Shown in pieces: positions 36,391 to 50,096 of a stretch of 64,000 bases of DNA. Source of the stretch: Bugula neritina (lineage: Eukaryota > Animalia > Bryozoa); assembly GCA_964035545.1 (NCBI GenBank), contig OZ037765.1:12658698-12722697 (forward strand), written 5' to 3'. Position 1 is the first letter of the stretch. Each line of letters opens with the position of its first letter. The notes under the pieces are model-generated. The model saw nothing but the letters and a program-made list of their open reading frames with translations, was not told where the DNA came from and did no database searches. A program made the translations under genes and the position numbers.

Positions 36391-37238
36391 AAAGTTGGAC
36401 TTGTTTTTCAAGTTAACTCCATATGCTTATTGTATGGAGGAAGATAAGCATAAAAATGATGGAAGCATTCTGATTGGTTCAGGCAATGGCCTTCAAACTA
36501 CAAATGGAAGTACAACAACCGACCTCGTTACATCAATTATTGTAACTGGCTTCACACAGATAAACCAGACTAGTATAGCCTTTGTGGATTACCATGAAGA
36601 CTGTATGAAACTATTAAATCGTATTGACAACAGCATTGAAACTTTTGCAGGAACATGTGGGTCTACTGGCTAGGCAGAGGGTGAAGTTGGGGTGGGGAAA
36701 ATGTATCACCAATATGGGGTTCAAGTAGATGTTAGGAACTCAAACATGTTATTAATAACAGATGTTGGAAACAAGGCATTAAGATCTGTAGATATGACAA
36801 CAGGAGAACTGAGTACAGTTATCAAGTCTTGTGGTTTTAATTATCCTCGAGGAATACGTTGGTTTAACCAAAGTTTGTTGATGGCCAATTACTCTGGTTA
36901 TATTTCTCAATTCAGCTGGTCAAATGACGGTACTGTAAGTAATACTGGTTTAGCTGGTTCCAAACAAAGTGATGCTTATGGTAAATTCAGTGAGGCCAGA
37001 TTCTATACACCTTATGGCATAGAAAAGGTGGGAGACAATCACTACCTTGTTGCTGACTCTGCTAATAGAAAATTCAAGCTAATGGATATGAAGAAACAAA
37101 TAGTTGGCCCAGTCTGCTTTAAAGGAGAAACCCCCTGTACAATCAGCAGTTTTTTTTCAGATCAACCTGTGTCTTTGCTGAATGTAGAAGGAATAGTTTA
37201 TGTTGGGCTGAAAAATGGAGCAATATATAAACTGAAAT
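36391..37238 (+). pseudogene. NHL-repeat/beta-propeller exon with a single in-frame TAG (36671-36673)
   Basis: ORFs 36272 and 36692 are in the same frame: FAGTCGSTG*AEG, LLITDVGNKALR, FNYPRGI, ARFYTPYGI...YLVADSANRK are NHL-type motifs. Acceptor at 36390, phase-1 donor after 37238. Candidate upstream exon 36148-36200 (phase 2 matches). Confidence 0.7.
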
Positions 37239-37307
37239 GTAAATAATTATGTTTGGTACTTACTTATAATGATAAAGTACCTGAAGCAATAAACCTTCAC
37301 AGTACTC

Positions 37308-37322
37308 CTACACACACACACA

Positions 37323-37382
<60 letters not shown>

Positions 37383-37448
37383 CACACACACATATATATA
37401 TATATATTCATATATTTATATATACATATATTTATATATACATATATT

Positions 37449-37529
<81 letters not shown>

Positions 37530-37580
37530 TGTATATACTGTATATACTGTATATACTGTATATACTGTATATATATACTT
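37308..37580. repeat. Compound (CA)/(CGCA)/(TA)/(TATATACTG) microsatellite
   Basis: Seen directly. Confidence 0.95.
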
Positions 37581-37793
37581 ATTATAGTGATGAGGGTTGA
37601 ACCAAATTTACTCAGCATTTTATCATAAAGATATTTTACTATACTTGCCGTGTATAAGTAATAACTTTAGTAAGTTACTCAAATGTACATGAAGAGCTCA
37701 ACTATAAGAAATCTTTGAGATAAACTTCAAGTTACATATTTATTGTAGCTAAACTCTGCACATCGTATTTAGTAAATTTTTTTCTATTTACAG

Positions 37794-37985
37794 GTAGTAA
37801 TTTACCAGCAGAGGATATACCAGCTGAAGTATGTCAATACACCAACATCACTTCTCTCTTACCCATCGGACAAACTACAGTCAGGGTTCAGCTAGCTCAT
37901 GATTCTATCACTCTACCCGAGGGAGTGTACAAAGTTACTAGTGAGAATGGCTCTAAAATCTGTGACTATTATGTTACTGTAAAAG
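37794..37985 (+). CDS. Phase 1-1 exon encoding a HYR-like module, following the NHL exon
   Basis: CSNLPAEDIPAEVCQYTNITSLLPIGQTTVRVQLAHDSITLPEGVYKVTSENGSKICDYYVTVK; the ending LPxGxxxVT...CxxxVTV resembles HYR. Confidence 0.6.
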
Positions 37986-38482
37986 GTTAGCTTTAAATTG
38001 TCATACTCTGTTGATAAAGTTGTAACATTACTAACAAATACATTTCTGTTTAGGGAAGATTTTTTATAGCAGGTTACCTGATTTAATACTATAGCTTTTG
38101 CTAGAAATTGCTAAATGAATAAAAATAATCTAGTATATTATTATGTAAAATAACTGATTGTCAGATTTAAAGCTGCAGTTTATATGACTTATAATATGAT
38201 AACTTCAATATTAATAATTGCTTTAAAAAGTGCTCATTTTTCTGCATCAAAATATTGCTTAAAACTTAACACTTCAAAGCTATTTATAATAACTATTTTA
38301 GCTACACTGAGGAATCACTATTAAGGATATTGAGCACATACATAATATGCATACAGTCCTACATCACAACACATGATGTACTCGTCCAAATTGTAGTAAT
38401 ATGTTTTGCAGGGTTTTACAAGAAGTCAGCTGCATTGTATACTGCTGTTCCTTTCCAAACATGCTCCTTTTATCTTTCACAG

Positions 38483-39989
38483 AGTCTAGCATAGTAAGGA
38501 GACTGTCTTTTAAGTCACAATACGATGTGACATGTGATAATATTAGTAATACCAACAGCAGAAAGCTTCTGAATGTAGTTCTATCTCACCGCAGAGATCA
38601 ACTTCAAAGCATCTGCTCTCAAAGTAAGTGTACAGTTTGATATCTCTAAGGTGACAAGGTACTTTGTAACATAACTTAACTCATCACGTTCTCATTACAG
38701 GCTGTACCATGTCTACTAGTATACAGCCATACCATGACTGTACCAATGATCTCCTGACCGTCTACTGGCCAACTGATAAGCTGTATCTTGCCACCATCTT
38801 AGAACCTCCGGCAGTGTTGAGTGATGAACTGAAAAAGAGGTTGAGTAACTCTGGCACTGTAGGACTCTCTGAAATATTTTTCCCATTTCACTCTCCTCCG
38901 TAAGTATGCATTAGCAATTAATAGCTAGTCTATAACTTTGTACTTGCGGCTCATATTTTTTGTCATAGCAGAAGGGAATAACTCTTTAATATATGTTTAT
39001 TATTTAAAAGTCATCTTTTCTCACTTATTTGATCACAGTAAAAGTATACTTCTAGATGGTACCAGACCACATGTTGTTGAGGTTTAGGTGGCTAAGAGGC
39101 TTTCTACAAATAGAACTATTTTAATATAGGCTGATAGCTGCTAAGAAGAACTCTAAAGGTGAAGCTGTAAGGGTTGTACTTTACTCTTCCTGTATTGATA
39201 AGAAAAAGTCCTATGATGGTGACTCCGACACCTGTTCATAATTCCTGAGATGTTATCAGTTGAGCTGATGTTTAATGGAACTTATATATGTCATTGTGAC
39301 ATAGATAATACGTAATATAATTTAATTTTCAGCTAATATTGAAAAAAATTAACATAATTGATTTTTCATTTAATTTCTACCAAATATGTTTCAAATTTTA
39401 AATTACTAACTTTAATTGTTGGATGATGCTACAACATCTTTTAATGAGTTTTTTTGGAAGAATATATTATATTTTTATATAATTGTCTATCTGCTGCAAT
39501 TTCATAAAATAATTAGCAATGTGAATTTTCAAAGAAATCAGACCAATCGTTGTTATAATACAAGCATATAACTGTATGAATGTGTGCGTGTGTAGGTGTG
39601 GTGTGTGTGTGCTGTGTGCGTGTGACTGCGTGAGTGTGAGAGTAAGTGTGTGTGTATATGTGTGTGTGCAGGTATGTGTGTGTGCAGGTATGTGTGTGTG
39701 CAGGTATGTGTGTGCGTACGTGTGTGTGTTGGGTGTGTGTGTTTGTAATTCGGTTGCATCATTGACTGGTACATGTATCATAAAGCTAGAAATTCATGTG
39801 TGTTCGTGCGTGTGTGTGTTTATGTGCATGTGTGCGTGTGTGTGTGTATGTGTTTGTGTGTGTATGTGTATGTGTGTATGTGTGTATGTGAGTGTGTGTG
39901 TATGTGTGCCTATGTGTGTAGGTGTGTATGTGTGTGTATGTGTGTATGAGTGTGTGTGTGTGTATATGTGTGTATGTGTGTATGTGGGT

Positions 39990-40041
<52 letters not shown>

Positions 40042-40115
40042 GTATGTGTGCATGTATGTGTGTATGCGTGCGTGTGCGTGCGTGTGCGTGCTGTGTGTGT
40101 GTGTGTCGGTGTGTT

Positions 40116-40203
<88 letters not shown>

Positions 40204-40952
40204 CGTGTGTGTTTGTCTGATGCTATAGATAGCTCTGATTAGCAAATTTAATCATTATCTCTATCATAGCAACAGACTATGTCAATTAATGATCAACCAA
40301 GTTTTTATTAACTTTCTTTTACAAAAAGTTCACATAATTTATAAATAATATATCAGCATCAATTTTTATTACCAATTATGTAATATCTATTATAGAATAA
40401 AACTTCAAGTAGCAATACAAAGTATAGCGAGAGAATTTACAATTTAAATAGCAGTTCTTTGAGAAAAATAATTTCGAATAATCTAAATGAGTAGTTTTCT
40501 TTGTTCCTCCTATTGTAGAAGTTTAAGCACCACAAGTATAGTCACATGTGTTGCTACAAGAGTGTACACTACAATTATATAAAAAAACAAAAAGCTATAA
40601 TTGATACGAGACCACTTGGTAACATGGTACTTATGTTTGAAAATTCTACTGCAGTTCGATGAAAGAATATTAGACAGAATAAATACTCAATAATAAATCA
40701 TAAGTAATAAATGATAAATACTCAATTATAATTAACAACTAACAACTGATAAATAATTAAAAATCAATAATGAATACTAAGTAAATAATAATTAATAATA
40801 AGTTCCAGTTGCACACAATCTATTCTATAATAATATATATATATATATACATGTGTATATATATATATATAAATGTATATATATATATATATATATATCT
40901 GTTCTGTGCTGATGAAGGGACAAACCCCGAAACAGCTGCTGTCCACAGATTG

Positions 40953-41033
<81 letters not shown>

Positions 41034-44000
41034 CACACACTGTGTAGCTACTGTAAAAATACTAAGTATATATTTCTATCCGGAATTAGCTTGTAATAGA
41101 GATAATAACAGTTTGCAAATTCTTATATACTAAATATGGTGTTAATAAATGTATTTTTAATTCCGAAATTGACATTTTTTTGTTTATATACAAATACATA
41201 GAATACAGAAAGAAGATATAAGATGAACTTAATGTGGCAACAACTTTGAACAATAATTTATAATATCTTATGTAAGTTGTAGAAGATACCATGCTATTTG
41301 CTAAGCTCTACTTGCTATAAATATCATATCATATTATATTGACTATTAAAGTGAAATGGCTTTAATAAACATGCTATATTGTATGTGCAGGAGTCTATTG
41401 GTTCTATTAATTCACTAGCCTGTCAACTAGCAGGCCTGTAATTAGTAATGTATGCATTAGTATCTTCTCATCTTTACATGTACACTAAAGTGAAGTGCTG
41501 CGCATTGGTGATTACTTAGAAAAAAATACTGCATTTTCAGTGTATAAATCACTAATTTGTAGAAAATCTATGCAAGCTATTGAAAAGATCAAAAATTATG
41601 CACTGCAAAAATTTCTCAGGATTCTGGCAGCGTTTGTTCTATTCGAATACCATGCTTTCCTGCTGAGATATTTGGCAGGGACTGAAAAATAAACTTTTCA
41701 GGTAAAATTGGCCAAAAATGAGTAGTTTTTTGTCAATAACTTGGCAAAAAATAATCAATATTGAAAGTTCCTAAATAAGTTGCTCTGGGGAACAGGAAGA
41801 TCTGCAACATAGTTTTTAAGTTTTGATTTTAGCACAATTAGGTGAGGTTTTATTGGGGGGCTGAATTCTTATATAATAATAATGCAGCCTCAGCAAGGCA
41901 GTTGCAGTTAAAAGGTTGCCCTTATCTATCCTGGGTATATTAGAGTATAATATTATGGTATGGTATGAAAATAATAGTGAAGTGCACATCTCAACACAGA
42001 TTTTTTTCAGAAAAAGTTAGAGTTTATAATGGCTTTAAATTGCATAAATTTGCATCAGAAGCGCTCTGAGGGCTTCGGCTGCCTGGGGGCCTGGGCGGCC
42101 CCCTGGAACCCCCCTTGGCCTAAGAGTATGGCCTAGAATCTTTTTGCCACTACATCCCTGTTTATGTTACATTAATGTTAATTTTATGAGTACATGTTAT
42201 GTATAGATCTCCAATCAATAGAATTTTGCAGCAATAAAGGCAATCATACTGGTTTATACTGGTTTTCAAATACTTGTAATTGTTATAATCAGCTAACATG
42301 ATTCAATGGCCTATTGTATTTATGGTTTTTCATTGTGTAACTCCATTGATAAGTGTATAAGGTGCATAAGTTTGTTTTGCTTTGTAAATATTATTATTAG
42401 TATTATATGTTATGTATTATATTTAGCTATGTACAAGTACTATTTAATTAATATTTTTGTGTTACTCTGGCATTTCAGTTAAATAAATGTCATATTTCAA
42501 AATGTTTGCGAATATTTGGCATTGCTGCTCACTCAAATAAATATTCTAATATCTATTAAGCTCATTTGTACCAACTCCTTCACCTGGCAACATAGCATAG
42601 CTTGCTGGCTGCCATGACTACTTTCAGAGATATGGCATGTGGGGTTAGCACTTACCCTCCATCTAATGCTCCACCGAAAGAACCTCAGGCACTATTGACA
42701 AATAAGTGGCCAGAGAAAATGTGCTTTCAGAGTGATTTATCTTCAAATATTGCCCTTTACACTCTGAAAGAGTTGCATGCTGCGGGCAGGCTAAAAGTAT
42801 GACATCTGATTACACATGAATATCACCTTATAGGCGTTTGACCAAAATTTCTTATGGTTATTCAAGGTCCTTTTTGAGTTGCCCTTCCAAAGCTACTCCT
42901 ATAGCTTCTTGAGATTTAGCTGTTAGTATTGTGTACAAGAATCGCCAGTATATTATTTATAACTTTGTATGTGCTTTGTATGCTGAACCAAGATTGTTGC
43001 AGATTTTATCTTTTTAGATATGTTAAAAACTACTATTTTTACATACCAGCTTCTCTACTTGTTATTTAATTAATATTTGGTTCATGACAGCTATAATTTT
43101 TTTGTGAGATGCGTAAAATGCTGATGTATAATGAAATCAAATTGTTAATAATGCTTCTATTTTGAAAAAAATGAACAAATTGAAAAAAAAAAAATTTCAA
43201 AATTTTTAGTTGTTTTATGTGAGGGTGCAGATGTAGCAAATTTTATTTTAAAGCATGGCATACAAATATTTGTGTAATTGTGCAAGTAGTTTAGAGCACT
43301 CACCAAGTTCTACTTGCCATTTATGATGTACCAAGTCAAAACAATATAACCTGTTTTGTTTGTTTTGCTTGAACTATAACTATTGTTTTCTTAAGATTCA
43401 AAGCATACAAAAATCCTGGTTGCTTGGTATGGAGGGTACTAAAGGGAAAAACTCATTTGGTAGAAGTTCCAATACAGCAGCTGCTGCATTTGCTCGCACA
43501 GCTACTCACGTATTCAGAATGGTGATGCTTGAGGCATGTGGAGTGTTACCTGAATATTGGCCTACAGGGGGTATGTAATCCTTTACAAAGGTCTATGGTT
43601 TATTGTGTTTATTATATAACTACATATCTATAAAATACATCTATAAGGTTCTTTTCAGTTATACTTGTCAGTAATCTATCAATATGTATTACCACTGTGA
43701 AAAGAGCAATAACATCTACAGCTTATTAGTATGAGTGTTGCAGTGTAATTTTAGTAGACAGTTCTGTAACTGAGTTTTTGCATGTTTAGCTAAGATCAAT
43801 AAGTTAAAGTTTTTAGCACAGCATATTTTATGGTATGTCTCAGCACGTATGTAATTTAAACTTTATTAGCAGCTATGGCAAATTATGCAAATCAAAATAC
43901 TTGCAATTAAAATTTAGACTTAATAGTATTATGTCATGACCTATAATTATAGGATTTATATCATTTCATTATCATTGCACTCCAGGAGTTTCATCATATC

Positions 44001-45747
44001 GTAATGAAGATAAAATAAATTATGAACAAGTGTTGGGTGAGAAGTTTGTGCTTGCATCCAGTTATGAAGAAGCACGGGAATATTGGAGTGAGTTTGATAA
44101 AATCTATCCACACTACTTACTCGAGAAATATCTGGAAGAAGGGCATGGAAATCTAAACAGAATGATGATTATATTTAGAAAGCATATGCAAGAGGTAATC
44201 TATATGAGCTGTCTCTTGTTAGCTGATTAAAGTTTGTTAGAACTATGGCTTGAGCTCTATTCGTGGTAACAATTTTTAAAGAAATAAATGTTTTTTGTGG
44301 CATTAAATCGCATTGCAGTAACATATTTTAATAGAATAATTAGTTAAGCAGTTAAATATACAATATGGTTTTTAAAGAATTCAAAATATATAAGATGCAG
44401 TTTGAACAGCATTTTTAACATGTATGCCATTTTTGAATATTTCTGTACTGTTGGAACTTTAATAGCAACTTTACTCTTGCACGTGTAGATTAGTATATAC
44501 CTATTGCATCAATATATTATATGTGTGTGTGCGTAGTAATAGAATCGGGAGGGTGGGTTCCCCTACCCTCCCGACCCAAACTAGCCAAAATAGAACGAGA
44601 AATGTATTTAGAAAATAATTACTGTGAATGGCAGTAGGTGTCAGGTGTCACACATAAACAACAAGCTTATTTAGTAAATTGTGCTGGTTACAAAAATTAG
44701 AAGGAAAAAAACAAAACTTTCAACCAGTATTGGTGGCATGAGAAGTTGCATCGAGAACCTAATAAGTTAATAAGTTGATAGAAAAATTATGAAATATTAC
44801 ATTTAGCTGATGTGAAGCTAGCTAATACTGTAAATAATTTTAATTTTCTATTAAGTTGGCTGTTAAAATATATAAAATAGTACCATATTGTAATAAATAA
44901 GGTGTCATACTGCTGAAGTTTTATACAATGTTACTCAACAGGTAGTTGAAATAACCATAAACGTCTGTGCTCGGCAAGATACCGGAAAGACAATCAAATG
45001 TTGTCTGAGTGCTTCAGTAGTCCATAGAACTATAGATATCAGTGGAGCAGACGGAAAGTGGCTTAAAAAGTTAGCTCTACTAACCTATGGTGCTGATTGC
45101 CCTCTGGTTAATCACTTTGATCGGGTAAACACTTTGTTAATTAATTTTGTAACGCAATGTTTTACTGCTGATCAATGTTCATTAGTTCAATTTGTTAGTT
45201 ACCTACTATAAAACAAGGTTGCTTCAAGTAATTATTGCATTTTTTCTTTTTCTACAACAGATTGTTAACAAAATAGTTTAATTTCAGTTTCAGTTTTAAA
45301 ATATACAATTATTATATAATTTACTTGTTGTAATCATGAAAAAAATTCGATCAACCTTATTTTCAAGCTACTATTTATTCAGAAATGAATTTTTTATAAC
45401 ATCAAGCTTACTTGCTGTAGATGCTTGACATGGATACAGCCAAAATGACTAGGGATGAATTGCATGATGCATTTAATAACTTATATGTATCTCTCCCTTT
45501 GACTTATGCACAAATTGATGAGTCATCAAATTGTGTTGGAGTAGAGAAAGCACCACAAGAAAAATCTAATGAGAAGCCAACATCAACACAAGCAGAGCGA
45601 CAGAATACAAGTAACCTGAAACCAGCTGATAAAAAAGGAGAAAATGTTGTTGCTGTAAGTCAGCGTATAGTTGAAAATACAAAACCTGAGTCGGTGTTAC
45701 CATTTACAACTGGATCAAAAGTTGGTGGAGAAGAGAATCATTACTGA
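38483..45747 (+). CDS. Multi-exon protein of unrecognised family (possibly a continuation of the NHL-HYR gene)
   Basis: Phase-consistent exons 38483-38623, 38701-38899, 42601-42796, 43396-43570, 43953-44194, 44942-45124, 45421-45747 give one open frame. Confidence 0.7.
39576..40212. repeat. Long imperfect (GT)n microsatellite
   Basis: Seen directly. Confidence 0.95.
40833..41030. repeat. (TA)n microsatellite interrupted by a ~57-bp insert
   Basis: Seen directly. Confidence 0.95.
40903..40949 (+). ncRNA. Type I hammerhead ribozyme (minimal, Penelope/retrozyme-like)
   Basis: Stem I UCUGUG/CACAGA; core CUGAUGA; extra A; stem II GGG-ACAAAC-CCC; GAAA; stem III ACAG-CUG-CUGU; GUC cleavage triplet ending at 40943. 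Confidence 0.85.
42172..42585 (+). repeat. Second copy of the ~430-bp direct repeat, intronic, just 5' of the exon at 42601
   Basis: Matches 29665-30105. Confidence 0.8.
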
Positions 45748-46069
45748 AGAACAGAGCAAATCGGGCGAGAAACATGCTAATATTGACCCTGACTCTGATT
45801 AAATATTTCTATACGCATAATTGAAAAATAAGCCTGCTCTAAATCATTGACATTATATATCTGCACTATCAACTATGGAAGTCAATAAAATAAATAAGTT
45901 TTCAAATAAGAACAAAGCACTTAAAATATTGCGTAGTTATGCCCAAAGACATGAAGTTGGTTGGAAAATAAAGACAAATAGAAGAGTTGATACTAAATGG
46001 AAAGGTATTAGCATTTACTAGTTTTAATGTTGATTGCATTTTATATTTGATTGATCACCCATGATTTTG

Positions 46070-46616
46070 TGTGAAATATTGTTGTAGTTGTGCGGGCTAC
46101 TATAATTGTGGGTAATGAGTGTGTGTTGCAATGCGAGAACATAACTCTTTGCACGTATGTTTGAGAGAGAACTGGGCTTGTGGTTGTAGCAGAATGAGTA
46201 TATATTTAATTAATTAACAAGTAAAGTTACATTAAGATAAAAGTAGGTAACACATAGAAATTTTACACTAGTTAGCACAGTAATAAGTCCAGGCGCTAAG
46301 CTAGTGAGGCTGGGCTCTTGTAAGGTCTTGTTTATAAAGCCAAGCTTGATGTTGATTGGTTCGTAGGTTTTGGCGGTGGGGGCCGTGAGGGGCCATTGTG
46401 GCACTCCGCACGACTGGCCGTGAAGCGTGTGGCATTTTACAGAGTGCCACGCGCGGCACGAAGAAATGCCATAATACAGTTTGGCCATAATACAGTTGCT
46501 TGATATAGGAATGCCATAATATAGTTGCATGACACTGGCGCATAGGCGTGGCTTCTGGTAAGATATAGGAAGTGATGGGGGGGGGAGGGTAGCATCCATG
46601 TCCTACGGCCATCACA
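46070..46616 (-). mobile_element. Solo-LTR-like element
   Basis: TGTGA...TCACA termini, GC-rich block with three gccataata(c/t)agtt repeats, TATA-like tttataaa at ~46332 and a downstream attaaa on minus; no clean TSD found. Confidence 0.45.
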
Positions 46617-47174
46617 CCATCACGGTTACTTTATTTTTGAGCTATAGTAACTGATATTTATAGAAAAAAAAGGTTATTGAGTTATTCCAAACCCTGATGA
46701 CTTAGTTTACTAATCTAAAATGCCCTCAATTAATAGCTGCTGACATGCAATAGTGTAATATTACTACCTTTACAGCATACAGCAGCAGGGTAAAGTTAAA
46801 CTTAAGAACAACATTAAAATAAAACTAAATTGAAATAAAATAAAAAGCTGCAAAGCAAAACTGGTTAATTACAACATTACATGCTAGTAAAAGGCAAAAT
46901 GGACAAGGAAGATATATCCAAAAATACAATAATCAATATATTATTATTTAGCTAAAATAAATCAATATTTTCCATCATAAATAAGTCATATAAATAGTAA
47001 GCATTTATTTTTTTAAAAAAGCTTGAAACATGCTTCAGATGCTTATTTGCTATATCACAAAAAATTATTTCTACAATTAATCTTTGTAGTTGACAAGTAT
47101 ATATTGAATATAAATCTGAAATTTTATTATTGTGAAAGAAGGATTTATATACAAATTTGCTTTTATGATTTAGA

Positions 47175-49194
47175 AAAGCATTCTGAGTTGTACAAAAATT
47201 CACTAGTAAGCCCTGGTTTGGCCTCGTGTACCAGTTGGTCTTGTGAGGGGAAAGGGGAGAATGACATCAACGGTTTATCAACAAATTTTATATTATGGCT
47301 GGAAAAAGAAAAGGAGAAGTATTTGCTAGATGATTTACCCAAAGGGAGTGTTGGAGACATTATTAGGCTACAACTGACCTGCAAGGTTAGCAACCGGTTC
47401 ACACTTTTGTACTGCAATATTAATTGGCTCTTAAATGTTATGTTGAAACTCAAAAATGCAAATTTTAAGCCTTTTAAATACTCTAACAAACTTTCTAGTG
47501 CACAGGTCTCATGTAGCTAGCACAGAACTCTATAAGTAAATTGATTTATTATTCTGAGGCCACTACAGTAAAAACATTAGCTTTACTGTTCGGTCCATGA
47601 CATAACTCCAACCATTTTGGGAAACTATCTAGTGATCTTGATTCTACACAAAGATTTCCATTTTCCTGTTCCATTTTTGTGCGCTCAAGATTTTTGAGGC
47701 AGCAAATTTCTCCATATACATAGATTTATGCTAGAAGTTGTCACTAGTTACATACCTATTTTATTTTTCAATTTAAAATTGCTTCATCAGTCAAGCTTTT
47801 TATTATTTTTAAAGTCACAGATATCTAAAGAAGTTGGTACAGAGTTGCAGACGTCACATGATATCACCTCTCAAGCTCTCACAGAGAAAACTGACAACAC
47901 ATTGCCTTCTATTGTTTTGGATTCCGCCTCGGAGCCTGTGAACCTTAAAAACCGCCTTACCAATGCAACTCATCTATTGCAACCAAGTTATGCAAAATCT
48001 AGTTCACCAGTACCCAAGGCTAGAAATGATGACGAAGCTAATTTAAAAAGATTTGGTAGCTATGCTGATAATGCAATAAGAGCTGGCAAGGTGAGAGATA
48101 CAACCAATAATGCCACTATAGATACGACGAATGACACATCTAACAAAAGCATAACGGGAGACAATAGTAAGCCTTATCTTTCTACTGAAAATAATGAAGA
48201 CCATTCCTTCAAACTGTCACAAGATGAGCAAGTTAATAGACAAAGCGTTCACCAAAACGATGATGAGATTAAGGAAATAAAAAGCACACCAAAGTTTAAA
48301 CTGCTGGAGCCTTTTAGTAGCTCATTGAAAGACCAAAATACAAGTATTGTTGGCAACTCAAAGATCAGAACAGCAGACGAAATTTTAAAATATATTTCTA
48401 ATATAGCAATAAATTTGAACTTGGGTAACAGCTTAGAAGCCTGTAGTGAACGGCAGGAAGATGTGCCGACATTGGAGAGTACAGCAGAGAATGCAAAGAG
48501 TGACACACTAACCACTATAGTAGCCATTTCCAGTCCTTCTGCTTCTCCAGTTACTGAAACTACTATTTCCAAAAAAAGCTCTTACGTGATGGATAGAGTA
48601 ATCAAAGAAAAAATGGATGCCGCAGAAGTGAAAGCCGTAGAGAATCAACAAGTCTCTGCAAGCCTCATAGAAGATTCCAGCTTAATAAGTACTGATGTAA
48701 CTCAAACATCAATTGAGAAGCTGTTGTTGAAAGCAACAATGCCTTACAAAACTTTATCAAAGACTGTCTCTTCCGCCCAGAGAAGTTCGACCTCTAAAGA
48801 ATTGGATCGAAACCAGTTATTTTCGTGGGAGACCAGTGATTCAATTCAAGACACAAAATCTATGTTTAAACCTACTTTACAAACATTATCAAGAGATACC
48901 ACATCATCAGAATATCAGTTTATTGACACAAAATCTTCACAAGATAGAACAGAGCTTACTAGAAGCACCAGTCATTATCCTACCGACACAGTCAAAATTA
49001 TTGACACGACATTTGAGACAAGTCAAGGGCCATACGCGGGGGACATTGATGAAAGCGTAGAAAGCAGTAGTGAAAGTTTTGAGAATGGTTGGACAGATGC
49101 CCCAACATATGATGATACTAAAGTTCCAGAATCACAGTCTTCCTTTCTAACAGACCCACAATCATCGATAATAAGCAATAGTTCATCCCAATGA
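47175..49194 (+). CDS. 3' end of a gene: exon 47175-47385 plus a large Ser/Thr-rich, probably disordered terminal exon 47821-49194
   Basis: Donor TGCAAG|gttag (phase 0) matches acceptor gtcacag|ATA; 488-aa ORF. The upstream exons could not be linked. Confidence 0.65.
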
Positions 49195-50096
49195 ATATTA
49201 TACGTATTTGACTAAGTGCCTAATTATTCATACAATTTCACGATTACCCAAATTTAGCAATATTCAAGTAGTAAATTATATAATAGCTATGAAATACTAA
49301 TAAGACCAAATAGAATATGTAATTGAATAAGATTTGTATATATTATTGTATAATGCAAAACATAATCAAAGCAGAAACTACAATTTGTATAATCTATGAA
49401 TAAAAGATATTAAAAAGGGGTAATAAGATTAAAGGGAACAGATATAGAATTAAAATAGAATGAGCTAGTATGTAAATACACATCTGAACTTAGCAGATAC
49501 TACAAAGAAATAAAATGCTAGCAATTCAGTGAACAGCTACAAACAGTAAAATATTCTCCAAATATCACATTATATATTATATAACCTTTCAGATTATTCT
49601 GTAATAAAATGAACTTAAAATATGTGACATTGGAGCTATGCAAGCATCTATATAACAATAAGTATTCTAAGAAATATAATGATTTCATCAACAATGTACC
49701 ATATTGGTGGGCAGACTGAACATCATACAGCAGTGAAAGTATGCAACTGGACAGCTGACATTTCAGGTGACTAGAACTGCAACTAACCTCCAAAGTTGAA
49801 AGCATAAAATACACGTAATTATTACTATTAAAGCAACTCGATACCATTGCACATAAACTTACCAGAAACTAAAACAAACTAAAAAGAAACAACTTCCATA
49901 TAAAATGTTTTATACACTACAAAAGCTAAGAGAGAACAAATCATACTATTCCTTTGCAAAAGGAACATGCGAGTGGCAAAGTGTATTAAGTCATAGATCA
50001 CTTGCAGCTGTGACAAAGAAACATGCGGTTTTAACCACCACCAGTTAGTCTTTTACTATGCTTCGAGTTACATATCTGCTGTATACGTTAACAAGA

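Noticed and set aside
37585-37615. gtgatgagggttgaacc next to a TA tract as a second hammerhead
   Set aside because: Lacks CUGA and GAAA and has no stem I or III.
37253-41096. ORFs rich in HT, VC and YI
   Set aside because: Translations of microsatellites.
46210-46615. Two minus ORFs of 104-129 aa
   Set aside because: Lie within the GC-rich LTR-like element; no domain signal.
46694-46725. ctgatga followed by a small hairpin
   Set aside because: No downstream GAAA or cleavage triplet.
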